NCBI GenBank assembly: GCA_965223905.1
Contig: CBDCXV010000011.1
Location: 1,664,001 to 1,728,000, forward strand
Direction: 5' to 3'
Source: Candidatus Latescibacterota bacterium
GTDB taxonomy: Bacteria; Latescibacterota; UBA2968; UBA8231
Length of the DNA: 64,000 nt
Both the position numbers and the translations under genes were made by a program. Shown piece by piece: positions 20,224 to 30,122 of this stretch. Each line of letters opens with the position of its first letter. The stretch's first letter is position 1. The notes under the pieces are model-generated. The model was not told the origin of the DNA. It was given only the letters and a program-made list of their open reading frames with translations, and searched no databases.

Positions 20224-20341
20224 CCTCGTTGCCCGGTGGGTGACCTGCGGGCGCCGGAGCATAGCCTCCCGACGACTCCCATCGCCTGAACTCACATCCG
20301 ACTCCTCGCGGGCAGCGATCCCACGCTTGCATGCCCGCGGA

Positions 20342-22309
20342 TCAATTCCTGAAAATGATGTTTCCCTCCACCCCGTTGAGCCCATCGATGAACGCCCAAC
20401 CGCAGGCGGTCGAGAACTCGCCCAGGATCAATCCGAGAAAGAAGGGAATCAGGGTGCGGTAAAGGCGTATGCCTCCGTAGCGCAGAATGATAGCCTTCAA
20501 TATCCACGCCGTGAAAATGGCCAGGCCGTTCCAGTAGACGATGGTCACCGTCTTGGCGATGGGAAATCCGATCGGGTTGAGGGGCCACCACATGAAGCGC
20601 CCCTTCAGGTAGAGGAGCCCCCACATGACACCCGCCCCGATGGCGGTGAAGAGCAGTCGCGGCGTGAAGCTCGGCTCCGGTGAGTTGTAGGCCGAGGCCA
20701 TGTAGTCGAAGGGCCACTTCGGCAGCAGCTCGAACCAGTAGCCCTGGAGATTGATTCCCCCGTGGGCATAGGCGACCGTCATGATGCACCACAGCGATCC
20801 GGTGAGAGCGATGGCGACGGCCAGGAGCATGGCGAGCACGAGCCTCCGGTCCGCCTTGTCCTGCGTAGACGTGAGTTTGAGGCTGTGCATCACCGCGTTC
20901 ATCATGTTGGTGATCGTGTCCCCGATCCACACGGTGGCCAGGCCGAGGCCGGTCATGTTCTGCAATTGGAGAGTGTCCGGTCCGAAGCCGCGGGTTATGA
21001 AAGCCTGGGGCACCATCGGCGATTGCAAACTTGGCAGCCCCGCTTCGCAGACGATGCGGGACAGGCCGATGAAGACCACCAGCGCCCCTCCCACCAGCAG
21101 GATGGCCACCAGCAGGGAAAGAAGGCCGGTCGTGGTCAGCCATCCCACCATCATCGACAAGCCCAGCACCAGGCCGGCGATTGCCACGCGGGGAGAGATC
21201 GGCTCCCGCTCTCTCCGCTCTCCGCGGACCGCGGCCCCGAAGATCTTCTTCAGATGCCCGCGCGCCGTCCACAACACGAAAAGACAGAGCACTGCCAGGG
21301 CCCCGGCCTGCTCGTGCAGCATGCTGACCGGAGAGCCGCCCGAGTCCCACACGTCGAGACCCATTCCGGCGCCGATCCCCAGGCGTTTCAGCACCCACTC
21401 CTGAGTCAGCCCGAGGAGGTGGAAGAACCAGATGCTGAAGGAGACGTCGAGCGGCATCAGGTAGGCCAGCCCGATGACGGGAAGATTGAGCCGGTACTGT
21501 ATCATCACCTCCCCGTTCAGCAGCGGATAGGCGCCGCCCACCGCCATTCTCGGGAAGCCGTCGAAGTAAGCCCCGAGCGAGTTCCACGAGTGGAACAGCA
21601 AGGGAATCAGAAAGCCCACCCACAACAGCGGCCTCTTGAACAGGCGCCCGATGAGGCGGCTGCGATCGTCGGCATCCTCGATCATGGCCAGCGGCAGGCG
21701 GGTGAGCGGAAATGCGAGCCGTTCGTTCTCCACCCACTGGCCCCGCAACAGCACTCCGGTGCAGAAAAGCACCCAGTAGAAGGCGAGAATGAACAGTACC
21801 CACGCCGCCAGCGGACGCGCCCATGCAGCCCAGGGAATCGACACCCCTTCGGGAAGGCCCTCGTAGAACCAGCGCACCGCATCGCGATCCGCGGGCGCCA
21901 GCCATTCGTGGAGGTTGGAGACGAAGAGCTCGCCCCACATGTTTTCCGGCGTGGCGTAGTAGATGACGCCCGTCGTGACCGTCAGAAAGCTCCCGCTGAA
22001 CCCCACGGTGACGATCACCGATCCCACGAGCATCATGATGTAGACGGTGACCAGCTCGGCTCTGCACAAGGAGAGCCGGGGGCCGATCAGCTTCAGGGCC
22101 GGCACCACTGCGGCGGAGAGGCCGAACAGGAAGAAGACGGCGATGATCGGCACGGCGTTGCCGGCCAGCTGCGAGCCCTTGACGATGAGGATTGCCCAGG
22201 GGCTGACGACGCTGATGGCGCCTACCAGCAGGGAGCCGGTGAGAACCGCTCTCCCGCTCACCCCGGAGGAAGGCCTGCCGCTCATGTCACCGCGTATCTC
22301 ACGCCTCAT
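20342..22309 (-). CDS. Polytopic membrane protein, DUF6785/DUF6784-like (putative OPT-like transporter), copy 2
   Basis: Many transmembrane segments; YYATPEN.W, IPWAAWARPL, QWVENERLAFPL, SFSIWFF, WWPLNPIGF, RYGG and PFFLGLILGE. Start may be ATG 22285. Confidence 0.78.
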   Translation of the reverse strand: MRREIRGDMSGRPSSGVSGRAVLTGSLLVGAISVVSPWAILIVKGSQLAGNAVPIIAVFFLFGLSAAVVPALKLIGPRLSLCRAELVTVYIMMLVGSVIVTVGFSGSFLTVTTGVIYYATPENMWGELFVSNLHEWLAPADRDAVRWFYEGLPEGVSIPWAAWARPLAAWVLFILAFYWVLFCTGVLLRGQWVENERLAFPLTRLPLAMIEDADDRSRLIGRLFKRPLLWVGFLIPLLFHSWNSLGAYFDGFPRMAVGGAYPLLNGEVMIQYRLNLPVIGLAYLMPLDVSFSIWFFHLLGLTQEWVLKRLGIGAGMGLDVWDSGGSPVSMLHEQAGALAVLCLFVLWTARGHLKKIFGAAVRGERREREPISPRVAIAGLVLGLSMMVGWLTTTGLLSLLVAILLVGGALVVFIGLSRIVCEAGLPSLQSPMVPQAFITRGFGPDTLQLQNMTGLGLATVWIGDTITNMMNAVMHSLKLTSTQDKADRRLVLAMLLAVAIALTGSLWCIMTVAYAHGGINLQGYWFELLPKWPFDYMASAYNSPEPSFTPRLLFTAIGAGVMWGLLYLKGRFMWWPLNPIGFPIAKTVTIVYWNGLAIFTAWILKAIILRYGGIRLYRTLIPFFLGLILGEFSTACGWAFIDGLNGVEGNIIFRN

Positions 22310-22318
22310 GCGGATGGC

Positions 22319-24283
22319 TCATTGTCTGAAGATGATGTTTCCCTCGACGCCGCTGGCGCCATCGATGACGAGCCACAGGCCGGCGGTCGAGAATTCGCCG
22401 AGAATCAAACCGAGAAAGAACGGCGTCAGTCTGCGAAAAACGCGCACGCCGCCGTAGCGGAGCACGAGAAGCTTCAGGACCCAGGCGATGAATATGGCGA
22501 GCCAGTTCCAGTAGACGATGGTCACCGTCTTGGCGATGGGAAAGCCGATCGGGTTGAGCGGCCACCAGGCGAAGCGCGCCCGCAGGAACAGGAGCGCCGA
22601 CATGATCCCCGCCCCGATGCCGGTAAACAGCGCTCGCGGGGCAAAGCTCGGTTCTGGCGAGAGGTAGGCCGAAGCCATGAACCGGAACGGCCACCTGGGC
22701 GCCGCGTTGAACCACCAGGGCTGCAGATTGATGCCGCCGTGAGTGTGGGCCAGGGTCATGATGCACCAGAGCGATCCCGCCAGGCCGATGACGACGGCGA
22801 GCAGCATGGCCAGGGGCAGCCGGCGGTCGCTCACCGCCCCGGAGGAGGCGAGCTTCAGGCTGTGCATTACCGCGTTCATCATGTTGGTGACCGTGTCTCC
22901 CATCCACACCGTGCTCAAACCCAGGCCGGTCATGTTCTTCAGTTGAAGCACGCCCGGTCCGAATCCGCGGGTTATGAAGGTCTGAGGCACCATCGGAGAT
23001 TGAACGCTGGGCACCCCCACTTCACAGACGATCCGCGACAGGCCGATGAAGACGACCAGGGCCCCGGCGACGAGCAGGATGGCGACATATAGATCGAGCC
23101 CCGTGATCTTCAGCCAGGTCACCATCAGGACAAGACCGGCGGGGAGTCCGATCACGGCGACTCTGGGCGCCAGGGTCTCCCGCTCTCCGCGATCGCCCCG
23201 CAGAGCTGCCCGGAACAACTGCCGAAAATGCCCCCTCGCCGTCCACAGCACGAAGAAACACAACACCGCCAGGGCGCCGGCCTGTTCGTGCAGAATGCTG
23301 ATCGGCGACCCGCCCGAATCCCACACGTCCAGGCTGCCGACGCTTATGCCGATCCGTTTGAGGATCCATTCCTGAAGGACGCCGAGAGCGTGGAAGAACC
23401 AGATGCTGAAGGAGATGCCCAGCGGCACCAGCCAGGCCAGCCCGATGACGGGAAGGTTGAGCCGATACTGCACGAGCACTTCTCCTCGCAGCAGCTGGAG
23501 GGCGCCTCCGACCGGGATCTTCTGAAAGCCGTCGTAGTAGAAACCGAGCCCGTTCCAGGAGTGGAAGAGGAGTGGTATGGAAAACCCGAGCCACAGCAGC
23601 GGGTGCTTCAGCAAGCGCTCGACGAGCCGGCCGCCGTCGTCGACGTCCTCGGTCATGGCCAGCGGCAGGCGGGTGAGGGGAAACACGAGCCGGTCGTTTT
23701 CAACCCACTGCCCCCGCAGCAGCACGCCGACGCAGAAGAGCACCCAGTAGAACAGGAGCAGGAAGGGGATCCACGCCGCCAGCGGTCGCGCCCACGCCGA
23801 CCACGGTATTCCCATTCCGGTTGGAAGTCCCTCGTAGAACCACCGCACCGCGTCTCGATCGTCGGGAACCAGCCAGGGGTGGGTGTTGGGAGCGAAGAGC
23901 TCCAGCCACCTGTTTTCAGGGGTGGCGTAATAAACCGCCCCTGTTATGACGGTGAGGAAGCTGCCGCTGAACCCGTCGGTCACCACCACGGCGCCTGTGA
24001 GCATCATGATGTAGATGGTGATTACTTCCGCCCTCGAGAAGGCGAAGCGGGAGCGGAGCAGCTTGAGGGCGGGAACCAGTGCGGCGACGAGCAGGAAGAG
24101 GAAGAGAACGGCGATGACGGGCAGGGCATTGCCGGCGAACTGCGAGCCCTTGACCACGAGGATGGCCCAGGGGCAGACGATGCTGATCGCCCCTACGAGG
24201 ACGGCGCCGGTCAGTACCGCCGCCCAGGATACTCCCGAGGATGGTTTGTCGCTCATGTCACACCGCGGCTTTCCGGCTGGCAC
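22319..24283 (-). CDS. Polytopic membrane protein, DUF6785/DUF6784-like, copy 1 (tandem paralog)
   Basis: Colinear with and highly similar to 20342..22309 over its full length. Start may be ATG 24256. Confidence 0.78.
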   Translation of the reverse strand: MPAGKPRCDMSDKPSSGVSWAAVLTGAVLVGAISIVCPWAILVVKGSQFAGNALPVIAVLFLFLLVAALVPALKLLRSRFAFSRAEVITIYIMMLTGAVVVTDGFSGSFLTVITGAVYYATPENRWLELFAPNTHPWLVPDDRDAVRWFYEGLPTGMGIPWSAWARPLAAWIPFLLLFYWVLFCVGVLLRGQWVENDRLVFPLTRLPLAMTEDVDDGGRLVERLLKHPLLWLGFSIPLLFHSWNGLGFYYDGFQKIPVGGALQLLRGEVLVQYRLNLPVIGLAWLVPLGISFSIWFFHALGVLQEWILKRIGISVGSLDVWDSGGSPISILHEQAGALAVLCFFVLWTARGHFRQLFRAALRGDRGERETLAPRVAVIGLPAGLVLMVTWLKITGLDLYVAILLVAGALVVFIGLSRIVCEVGVPSVQSPMVPQTFITRGFGPGVLQLKNMTGLGLSTVWMGDTVTNMMNAVMHSLKLASSGAVSDRRLPLAMLLAVVIGLAGSLWCIMTLAHTHGGINLQPWWFNAAPRWPFRFMASAYLSPEPSFAPRALFTGIGAGIMSALLFLRARFAWWPLNPIGFPIAKTVTIVYWNWLAIFIAWVLKLLVLRYGGVRVFRRLTPFFLGLILGEFSTAGLWLVIDGASGVEGNIIFRQ

Positions 24284-24384
24284 CAGTCAGAGCGCGGTTG
24301 TGATGAGATTGGCGATGGATGGGTGCGAGGGAGGAACGGGCCTAGCCAGACATTCGCTTTACCGGCGAGGCCGAGCAGCTCGAA

Positions 24385-26838
24385 TCAGTACGCCACCGGA
24401 AGGATTCGGTGCGCTGCTTCGTCGCGGGAATCGCTGGCCAGGCGCAGCTCCACGAGGTAGGCGCCGGGCGCCACCCGCCTGCCGCCGGAGCGGCCGTCCC
24501 AGCCGAACCTCTGCTGGCCGGCTACGGCATCTCTGTTCTCAGCGTAAACGAGGCGTCCTGACAGATCGAAAACCCGCAGTTGTATCGAACGCGGTTCCAG
24601 CACGTTCGCCAGGTTGAAGGTGAGGTCGAATTCGTCGTTGAGCCCGTCGCCGTTGGGGGTCAGTACCGCCGGCTCGAGGCGTAGATCGGTAATGAGATCG
24701 CCGCTGACTGGCAGCCTCACGACAATGGTGCTGCTCTCGATCAGCTCGTCGGCGTCACCGGGATCCACCCGCTGCCTGATGTCGTCGCGGTTGCTGTTGC
24801 CGAGAAATGCTTCGAACCTCGTCCCTTGGACGAACACCGACGATTCGAATCGCACCTCGACGAGCTCATTCCGTCGGATTGTCCGCGGAAAGGTGATTTG
24901 GAAGCCGCCTGCGAGGCTGTCCGGTTCATCGACCTCGACCGGATTGCCGTTGAGGAACACCTCGACGAATCGCACGGGCACCGATGAGGATACCGCCACC
25001 CGGTCGAGCTGGCGAGTACTGCCCATGGGGCGGATGTAGTAGGAGAACTCCGTCGGCTCCCCCGGCAGCACCTGAGTCGGGAAGATCTCCCCGAAGGCGC
25101 TGTCGGCAAGGGGCGCCGAAAACTCCACCGCCAGCCAGTCGAGACTGGCCACGGCGCTGGGCGAGTCGCCGACGAGGCGGACGCTCAGCTCCATGGCCTG
25201 GCGCGGGGAGGGAGACTGGAAGGCCTGGCCGGAAGAGGCGTAGATGTTGCTCCACGGGCTCCAGCCGTCGCCGGCGTTGCGTATCTCCGTCACCGGTCCT
25301 GCCCGCTTCTGCTTCTTCAGGCTGTTCCATCTCCTCTGGCTGACCGGCTGGGGAGGATCCTTGTTGTCGAACCATTCGGTGGTGTCGACGCGGATGTGAT
25401 TCCCGGTACGGCTCCTGATCTCGATGCGGGTGCCGGGCGGCGTCTCCGCCTCCCAGCTGATGCTCATGAGATTCTTGCCCCCACTCAATTCGATGGGGCC
25501 GGAGGTGATCTCGATGTCGGCGGGATACCCCTCGCCGAAAGCCTGGTATTCATCGGCCGTACCGTGTCCGTAGCAGGGGCCGAACCCCCTCGACATGCCC
25601 TGGGATGCCGCCGCCTGCAATCTGTATCCCTCGTTGCAAGCCGCGTCCCAGGCGAGCCACCGGATCCGGAACAGGCGAGCCCGCACCAGCTCGAAGTGAT
25701 GGTCGGCGACGCCCAACCGCTGGTCGCGCAGGGTCCTCTTCCCGGAGAAGTGCTTCGTCCATATGTAGCTGCCATCCGGAGCCAGCGAGCCGTCAGAGGT
25801 GAGCACCTCGTAGAACTTCAGGGTGAAATCGCGGCGCCCCATGGCATCGATGCTGTTGCGGAGTTCCTGCGTTCTGATGTTGAAGTTTCTGCTGACGTGA
25901 TTCCCGTTTTCGTCGAGGACGATATTCCCCTCTGCATCTCTGACCGAATACGTGCCGGTGTGGGCGGGCCTCAGGGCCGTCCAGCCGTACATCCTCACCA
26001 TGTCCAGCCAGTAGGTCGCGCCGAGATCCACCGTAAACTCCCACCACGTGTCATACGAATACCTCGCTTCCCGCTTGTCGAGAAAGCGTGTGAACACCGC
26101 TCCGTCCACGAGTGGGAGCACGTTGGCAATCGCTATTTCTTCTCTCGTCACATCCGGATCGAGGATCATCCGGGCGCTGCCGTTGTTCGCCGCCATGTGC
26201 AAGGCGACGTTGTCGCCTATGGCGTTGACTTCGACCTCCGTCAACCTGCCACCCGGCTCGAAGTCGAGCACCTCGATGCGCACCGCCCTGATTGCCGTGT
26301 ACTCGAGCACCTCGCCAGGAGCGTAGGTGACCCGGTGCTGTTCGTTCTGCCTGATGATATCCTTGATCTTGTAGACGAGGGTGCCTTCGATCGGAATGTT
26401 GCCGCTCCCCTGCAGGGGTTCGCCTCCGGACAGCAGCACGTGGAAGAGCTCGAAGGGAGCCGCGGCTTCATCGAACACGAAGGTTATGGCATGGGCGCTG
26501 ACGACGCGGCCGAGGTCGACCTCGATGTACCAGTTTTCAGGCGGGTCCTCGGGGTCCGGCGCCCATCCCGTGGCCTGGTTTCCGTCCGTGACGAAGCGGG
26601 CGTCGCGCTCGTTCGAGCCGGCCTTGCGAATGCCCCCATCGAATGCCCCGGCATTCAGTACGGCATTGATGTTCTTTTGCACGGGAGTGGGCCGGATGGT
26701 CCCGGTCCGATCCAGTTCCACCGCGCCCATGGGAAGCCGCCACTTCTCCCAGTCGCCGCGCGAGTCGAAACGCAACTCGTCCGCACCGGCAAACGCGGGA
26801 AGACAGAAGAGAACCCAGTACTTCAGAAGAGCATTCAC
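24385..26838 (-). CDS. Secreted protein with discoidin-like N-terminal domains and TPNGDG/FlgD-Ig C-terminal domain
   Basis: Signal peptide; DGNQATGW...IEVDLG, IRSRTG, WSPWS, GEIFP, LTPNGDGLND, FDLSGRLV, WDGR...VAPGAYL; ends PVAY. Confidence 0.8.
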   Translation of the reverse strand: MNALLKYWVLFCLPAFAGADELRFDSRGDWEKWRLPMGAVELDRTGTIRPTPVQKNINAVLNAGAFDGGIRKAGSNERDARFVTDGNQATGWAPDPEDPPENWYIEVDLGRVVSAHAITFVFDEAAAPFELFHVLLSGGEPLQGSGNIPIEGTLVYKIKDIIRQNEQHRVTYAPGEVLEYTAIRAVRIEVLDFEPGGRLTEVEVNAIGDNVALHMAANNGSARMILDPDVTREEIAIANVLPLVDGAVFTRFLDKREARYSYDTWWEFTVDLGATYWLDMVRMYGWTALRPAHTGTYSVRDAEGNIVLDENGNHVSRNFNIRTQELRNSIDAMGRRDFTLKFYEVLTSDGSLAPDGSYIWTKHFSGKRTLRDQRLGVADHHFELVRARLFRIRWLAWDAACNEGYRLQAAASQGMSRGFGPCYGHGTADEYQAFGEGYPADIEITSGPIELSGGKNLMSISWEAETPPGTRIEIRSRTGNHIRVDTTEWFDNKDPPQPVSQRRWNSLKKQKRAGPVTEIRNAGDGWSPWSNIYASSGQAFQSPSPRQAMELSVRLVGDSPSAVASLDWLAVEFSAPLADSAFGEIFPTQVLPGEPTEFSYYIRPMGSTRQLDRVAVSSSVPVRFVEVFLNGNPVEVDEPDSLAGGFQITFPRTIRRNELVEVRFESSVFVQGTRFEAFLGNSNRDDIRQRVDPGDADELIESSTIVVRLPVSGDLITDLRLEPAVLTPNGDGLNDEFDLTFNLANVLEPRSIQLRVFDLSGRLVYAENRDAVAGQQRFGWDGRSGGRRVAPGAYLVELRLASDSRDEAAHRILPVAY

Positions 26839-26931
26839 GATCCGTCCTTGCGGAAAACGAGCAACATGACAGTCCGACGCGCCCTGCTTCGCAACGTACT
26901 TGTTCGGCCAGTGCCGGTCAAAGAAGAACTG

Positions 26932-28425
26932 CTAACTTCCACCCCCCTGCTCGCGCCATAGCTCGGCTGCTTGCCGAAGGGGTTCCTCGTGCACGACGAT
27001 CCCGTTTTCATACCGCTTCCGCAAGCCGCCCAGGACCACCTGGAACAGCTTCTCGCGCATGTCGTGCAGGTAATCCCTCCTCACCTGCTCCCGGACCTCT
27101 TCGAAGCCCGGCTCCACCCCGGACCGCAGATAGCGCTCTTTGTGGATCGCGAAATAGAGCTTCTCCTTGTTTTCGTCGGCAGGGGCGGCTTCGGCCATAA
27201 GCTGCTTTCGCATCCGGCCCACCAGAAGATTCCTGCGGGCTCGGGCGACGCCGTTCTCTACCTCCGGCATCGTCAGAAGCTTCATCCGCAAAATCTCGTG
27301 AAGGGCCAGGGCCTCGCGGCTGGCGACCTGCGCCAGGTGATTTCGAAGCGCCGCGATGGTCGGAAACGCCTCCCTTCCGGATTCCCTGAGCAGAGCACGG
27401 CACCGGGCAAGGCTCAGGCGGTCGCCGCGAAACGCCACCACGGTTGTCGATCCTCCGCCCGTATCCGCCGCCGCCATCGTCATCTTTTCGCGACCACCCA
27501 TTTTCTTCCCGCGGCCATGGGTCCCGTGTCCTTGGTGATGGCTCGACGCGGACGGGTCCACGAACTCCGCGGCCAGCGCGGCCAGTCCGGCCTCATCGAT
27601 TCGCAGGTCGTATTCCCGCCTCAGCGCGCCGTAATACTTCTCCAGCGGACCTGACAGCCGCTCCTCGATCATGAGTCTTTCGACGGCTTCGCGCTCGACG
27701 TCGAAACTGACCGGTTTCACCCCCGTGACCTTGATGAGGAAATACCCGTCAGCCGCACGCACTGGCCCGCCGATTTCACCGACGGGAGTGGCAAAGGCCA
27801 AATCGGCAACCGGTCGGTACGCAGGGCTCGTCGTGCCCCACCGGTGGAATCCCATGTCGGCGTTTCGGTCGACGATGCGACTGTCCCGGGAGTGCTTTAT
27901 CGAGAGGGCCTCGAAGTCGGCCCCCTGTTCCAGCTCCGCCAGGATCTGCTGGATCAGCTCGACGTTTTCGACCATCAGGGCGCTGAAGCGGACCAGGTGC
28001 CGGTAAGGGCTGGACTCGAACCAGGCTCGCATCTCCTCATCCGAGGGCGGGGCCAACGGGATCCCCTCGCGGCGGTACAGTTCCCGCAGCGCCAGCCGTC
28101 GCGTCTCTTTCTGTAGCGACCGCTGAAAGTCGGCCGCCTCGGCAAGACCGCGGCGCTCGGCTTCCTGCAGGAGCAGTTCCTCGTCGATGAGCGCCTGCAG
28201 GTAACGCTCGGGGGAAAGCTCCCCCAGGCCGGCGGGCGCCCTCTCCAGGGATCGACGGAAATCGGAGAGAGTGATCACCGCCCCGTTTACCTGCGCCAGG
28301 ACGCCGCTCTCGTCGCTGCCGGCGTCGCGCTCAGGAAGCTCCTCCACCTCGCTGGTGGCGCACCCGGCTACCCATATCAGGACAGGACCGGCGAGGCTAC
28401 GAATCCGTCTGGTGCTGCGCGGCAT
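26932..28425 (-). CDS. SurA/PrsA-like peptidyl-prolyl isomerase lipoprotein
   Basis: Start reassigned to ATG 28425 (AAGGA upstream). Lipobox VAGC; LAQVNGAVIT, LIDEELLLQEA, GADFEALSIKHS.D, GEIGGPV...GYFLIKV. Confidence 0.85.
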   Translation of the reverse strand: MPRSTRRIRSLAGPVLIWVAGCATSEVEELPERDAGSDESGVLAQVNGAVITLSDFRRSLERAPAGLGELSPERYLQALIDEELLLQEAERRGLAEAADFQRSLQKETRRLALRELYRREGIPLAPPSDEEMRAWFESSPYRHLVRFSALMVENVELIQQILAELEQGADFEALSIKHSRDSRIVDRNADMGFHRWGTTSPAYRPVADLAFATPVGEIGGPVRAADGYFLIKVTGVKPVSFDVEREAVERLMIEERLSGPLEKYYGALRREYDLRIDEAGLAALAAEFVDPSASSHHQGHGTHGRGKKMGGREKMTMAAADTGGGSTTVVAFRGDRLSLARCRALLRESGREAFPTIAALRNHLAQVASREALALHEILRMKLLTMPEVENGVARARRNLLVGRMRKQLMAEAAPADENKEKLYFAIHKERYLRSGVEPGFEEVREQVRRDYLHDMREKLFQVVLGGLRKRYENGIVVHEEPLRQAAELWREQGGGS

Positions 28426-28526
28426 AAAGGAGTTGTCCTTGAAAAGGGCGAGGCACCCGGTCCCCAAGGCGCGCGAGCCAGGGGATTTGGGTACCCCACC
28501 GAGAGAGCGCAACCCCGGGGCGGGGA

Positions 28527-28660
28527 TTGAGGGGGAAATCGCACATATGGGGTTTAAGGTTGAACCGCGATAATCCCCTCAAGATGGATCGGCGTCATTT
28601 TGGGGCAAGGAATTGTGCCGAATAACACTATTGGATCGGCGTCGGAAGTTGCAAGGGATT
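28527..28660 (-). promoter_or_regulatory. Putative promoter/operator region for the PPIase-FlgD-DUF6785 operon
   Basis: 12-bp direct repeat TGGATCGGCGTC at 28585 and 28632. On the minus strand each copy sits between a TTGC-like -35 and a -10-like hexamer. Imperfect palindrome at 28551-28566; inverted arms at 28527-28542 and 28567-28582. Confidence 0.35.
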
Positions 28661-28672
28661 CCTGGGACGCGG

Positions 28673-30112
28673 CTAGTCATGGGGCTGTTCCGCCACCTGT
28701 TCCTCGACCTTCGCCGCGCCCTCCCGCTCCATCATCTCCTTGATGATCTCCAGTTGTCGTCTGCTCTCCTCGACGCGGCGGAGTTTGAGATAGGAGACCG
28801 CCAGCTTTTGGCGCGCGTCCAGAAAGTCCGGCCTGTTGTGAACGACCCGTTCGAAGGCTCCGACTGCGGCCTCGTAGTTTCCCTCCCTGCCGTAGAGCAG
28901 CCCGAGGTTGAAGTTCACGTCCGCATCGTCCGGCTTTCTCCGCCTCGCTTCGAGAAAGGCCTTCTTCGCCTGCGGGAACTGCCGCAGGCGCTGGTGGACC
29001 AGTCCCTTGTTGTAGTAGGCGTCGGCGTACTCGGGATCGATCTGCAATGCCCGGACGAATGCCTCCAGGGCCGCTCCGTACTCCTCGAGGCGAAAGTAGG
29101 CGCTTCCCAGGCCGTTGTGGTAGCGAGCGCTGTCAGGGGCGGCGCGCACGGCCAATCGATACGCCTCGGCTGCCTCCTCCAGCCGACCGTGACGGCCGTA
29201 CAGCAGTCCGATGTTGGCGCGGGCGGCGTGGTGATAGGGGTCATTCTGGAGCACTCGCAGGTTCGACCGGATCACCCTGAAATCCTCCTCCACCCTGCGG
29301 AACTCCTCGAAGGCCCGCTGGCTCTCCTCGATGCGGCCGAGCCTCCGGTAGGCGTTGACGAGCATCAGGTGAGGTTCCTTGGCAAAAGGATCGAGCTCGA
29401 TGCTCCGGGTGCAGGCCGCGATCGCCTTCTCGTACTGTTTCGATCTCAGCTGCACCTTCGCCAGGTCCGCATGGGTCCCGGCGTGCGTACTGTCGAGCTC
29501 CAGGGCCCGCGCAAAGGCACTGCGGGCCTCGTCGTAGTTCACCTCCCTGGTGCGCATCTGCCCTATGAGTCTGTAGAAGGCGGGATCGTCCGGCGCGCGC
29601 GCGAGTCCGCTTTCGACGTAGGCCCTCGCCTTCTCGTGATCCCCCCTGTGCGCGTACAGGTAGGCCAGATCGTAATGCGCGGTCACGTGATCCGGATCGA
29701 GGGCGAGCACTTTTTCGTACTCGGCGATCGCACGGGCAGCGTCGAGCTGCTCCCAGAAGGTGCCGGCGAGATTGTTCCGGGCCGAAATGTGGGTGGAATC
29801 CAGTTCGAGCACCTTTTGATAGGCCTCGATGGCTTTCGGGTATTCCGAAAGCTTCACATAGGTATTGCCCAGATTGTACAAGGCCCTGGTGTCGCCGGGA
29901 GCCATCTCCAGGGCTTCGAGATACGCCTCGATGGCCTCCTGCTGCCGGCCCTCCCGGGCCAGCCTCACCCCGAGTTCGAAAGCGGCCTCCGCGTCGGACC
30001 TTCCCTGCACCGAGACTGATTTCCCCTGCGCGCGCTCGTCGCGGTCTGCGCAGCCGTATGTCCAGGCAAGGCACCAGGCGAACAGGAGCGAGAGGGCAGG
30101 AGTCATCCTCAA
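28673..30112 (-). CDS. Tetratricopeptide repeat lipoprotein
   Basis: Lipobox TYGC; about 12 canonical TPRs (e.g. ALYNLGNTY...AIEAYQKVLELD). Confidence 0.93.
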   Translation of the reverse strand: MRMTPALSLLFAWCLAWTYGCADRDERAQGKSVSVQGRSDAEAAFELGVRLAREGRQQEAIEAYLEALEMAPGDTRALYNLGNTYVKLSEYPKAIEAYQKVLELDSTHISARNNLAGTFWEQLDAARAIAEYEKVLALDPDHVTAHYDLAYLYAHRGDHEKARAYVESGLARAPDDPAFYRLIGQMRTREVNYDEARSAFARALELDSTHAGTHADLAKVQLRSKQYEKAIAACTRSIELDPFAKEPHLMLVNAYRRLGRIEESQRAFEEFRRVEEDFRVIRSNLRVLQNDPYHHAARANIGLLYGRHGRLEEAAEAYRLAVRAAPDSARYHNGLGSAYFRLEEYGAALEAFVRALQIDPEYADAYYNKGLVHQRLRQFPQAKKAFLEARRRKPDDADVNFNLGLLYGREGNYEAAVGAFERVVHNRPDFLDARQKLAVSYLKLRRVEESRRQLEIIKEMMEREGAAKVEEQVAEQPHD

Positions 30113-30122
30113 GGGTTCGCCC

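Noticed and set aside
20762-23092. 776-aa plus-strand ORF spanning both membrane-protein genes
   Set aside because: Antisense to hydrophobic codons. Its internal repetition just mirrors the tandem paralogs.
28440-28600. Possible 6S RNA or riboswitch
   Set aside because: Hairpins are present, but I could not match a known consensus. Kept only as a putative regulatory region.
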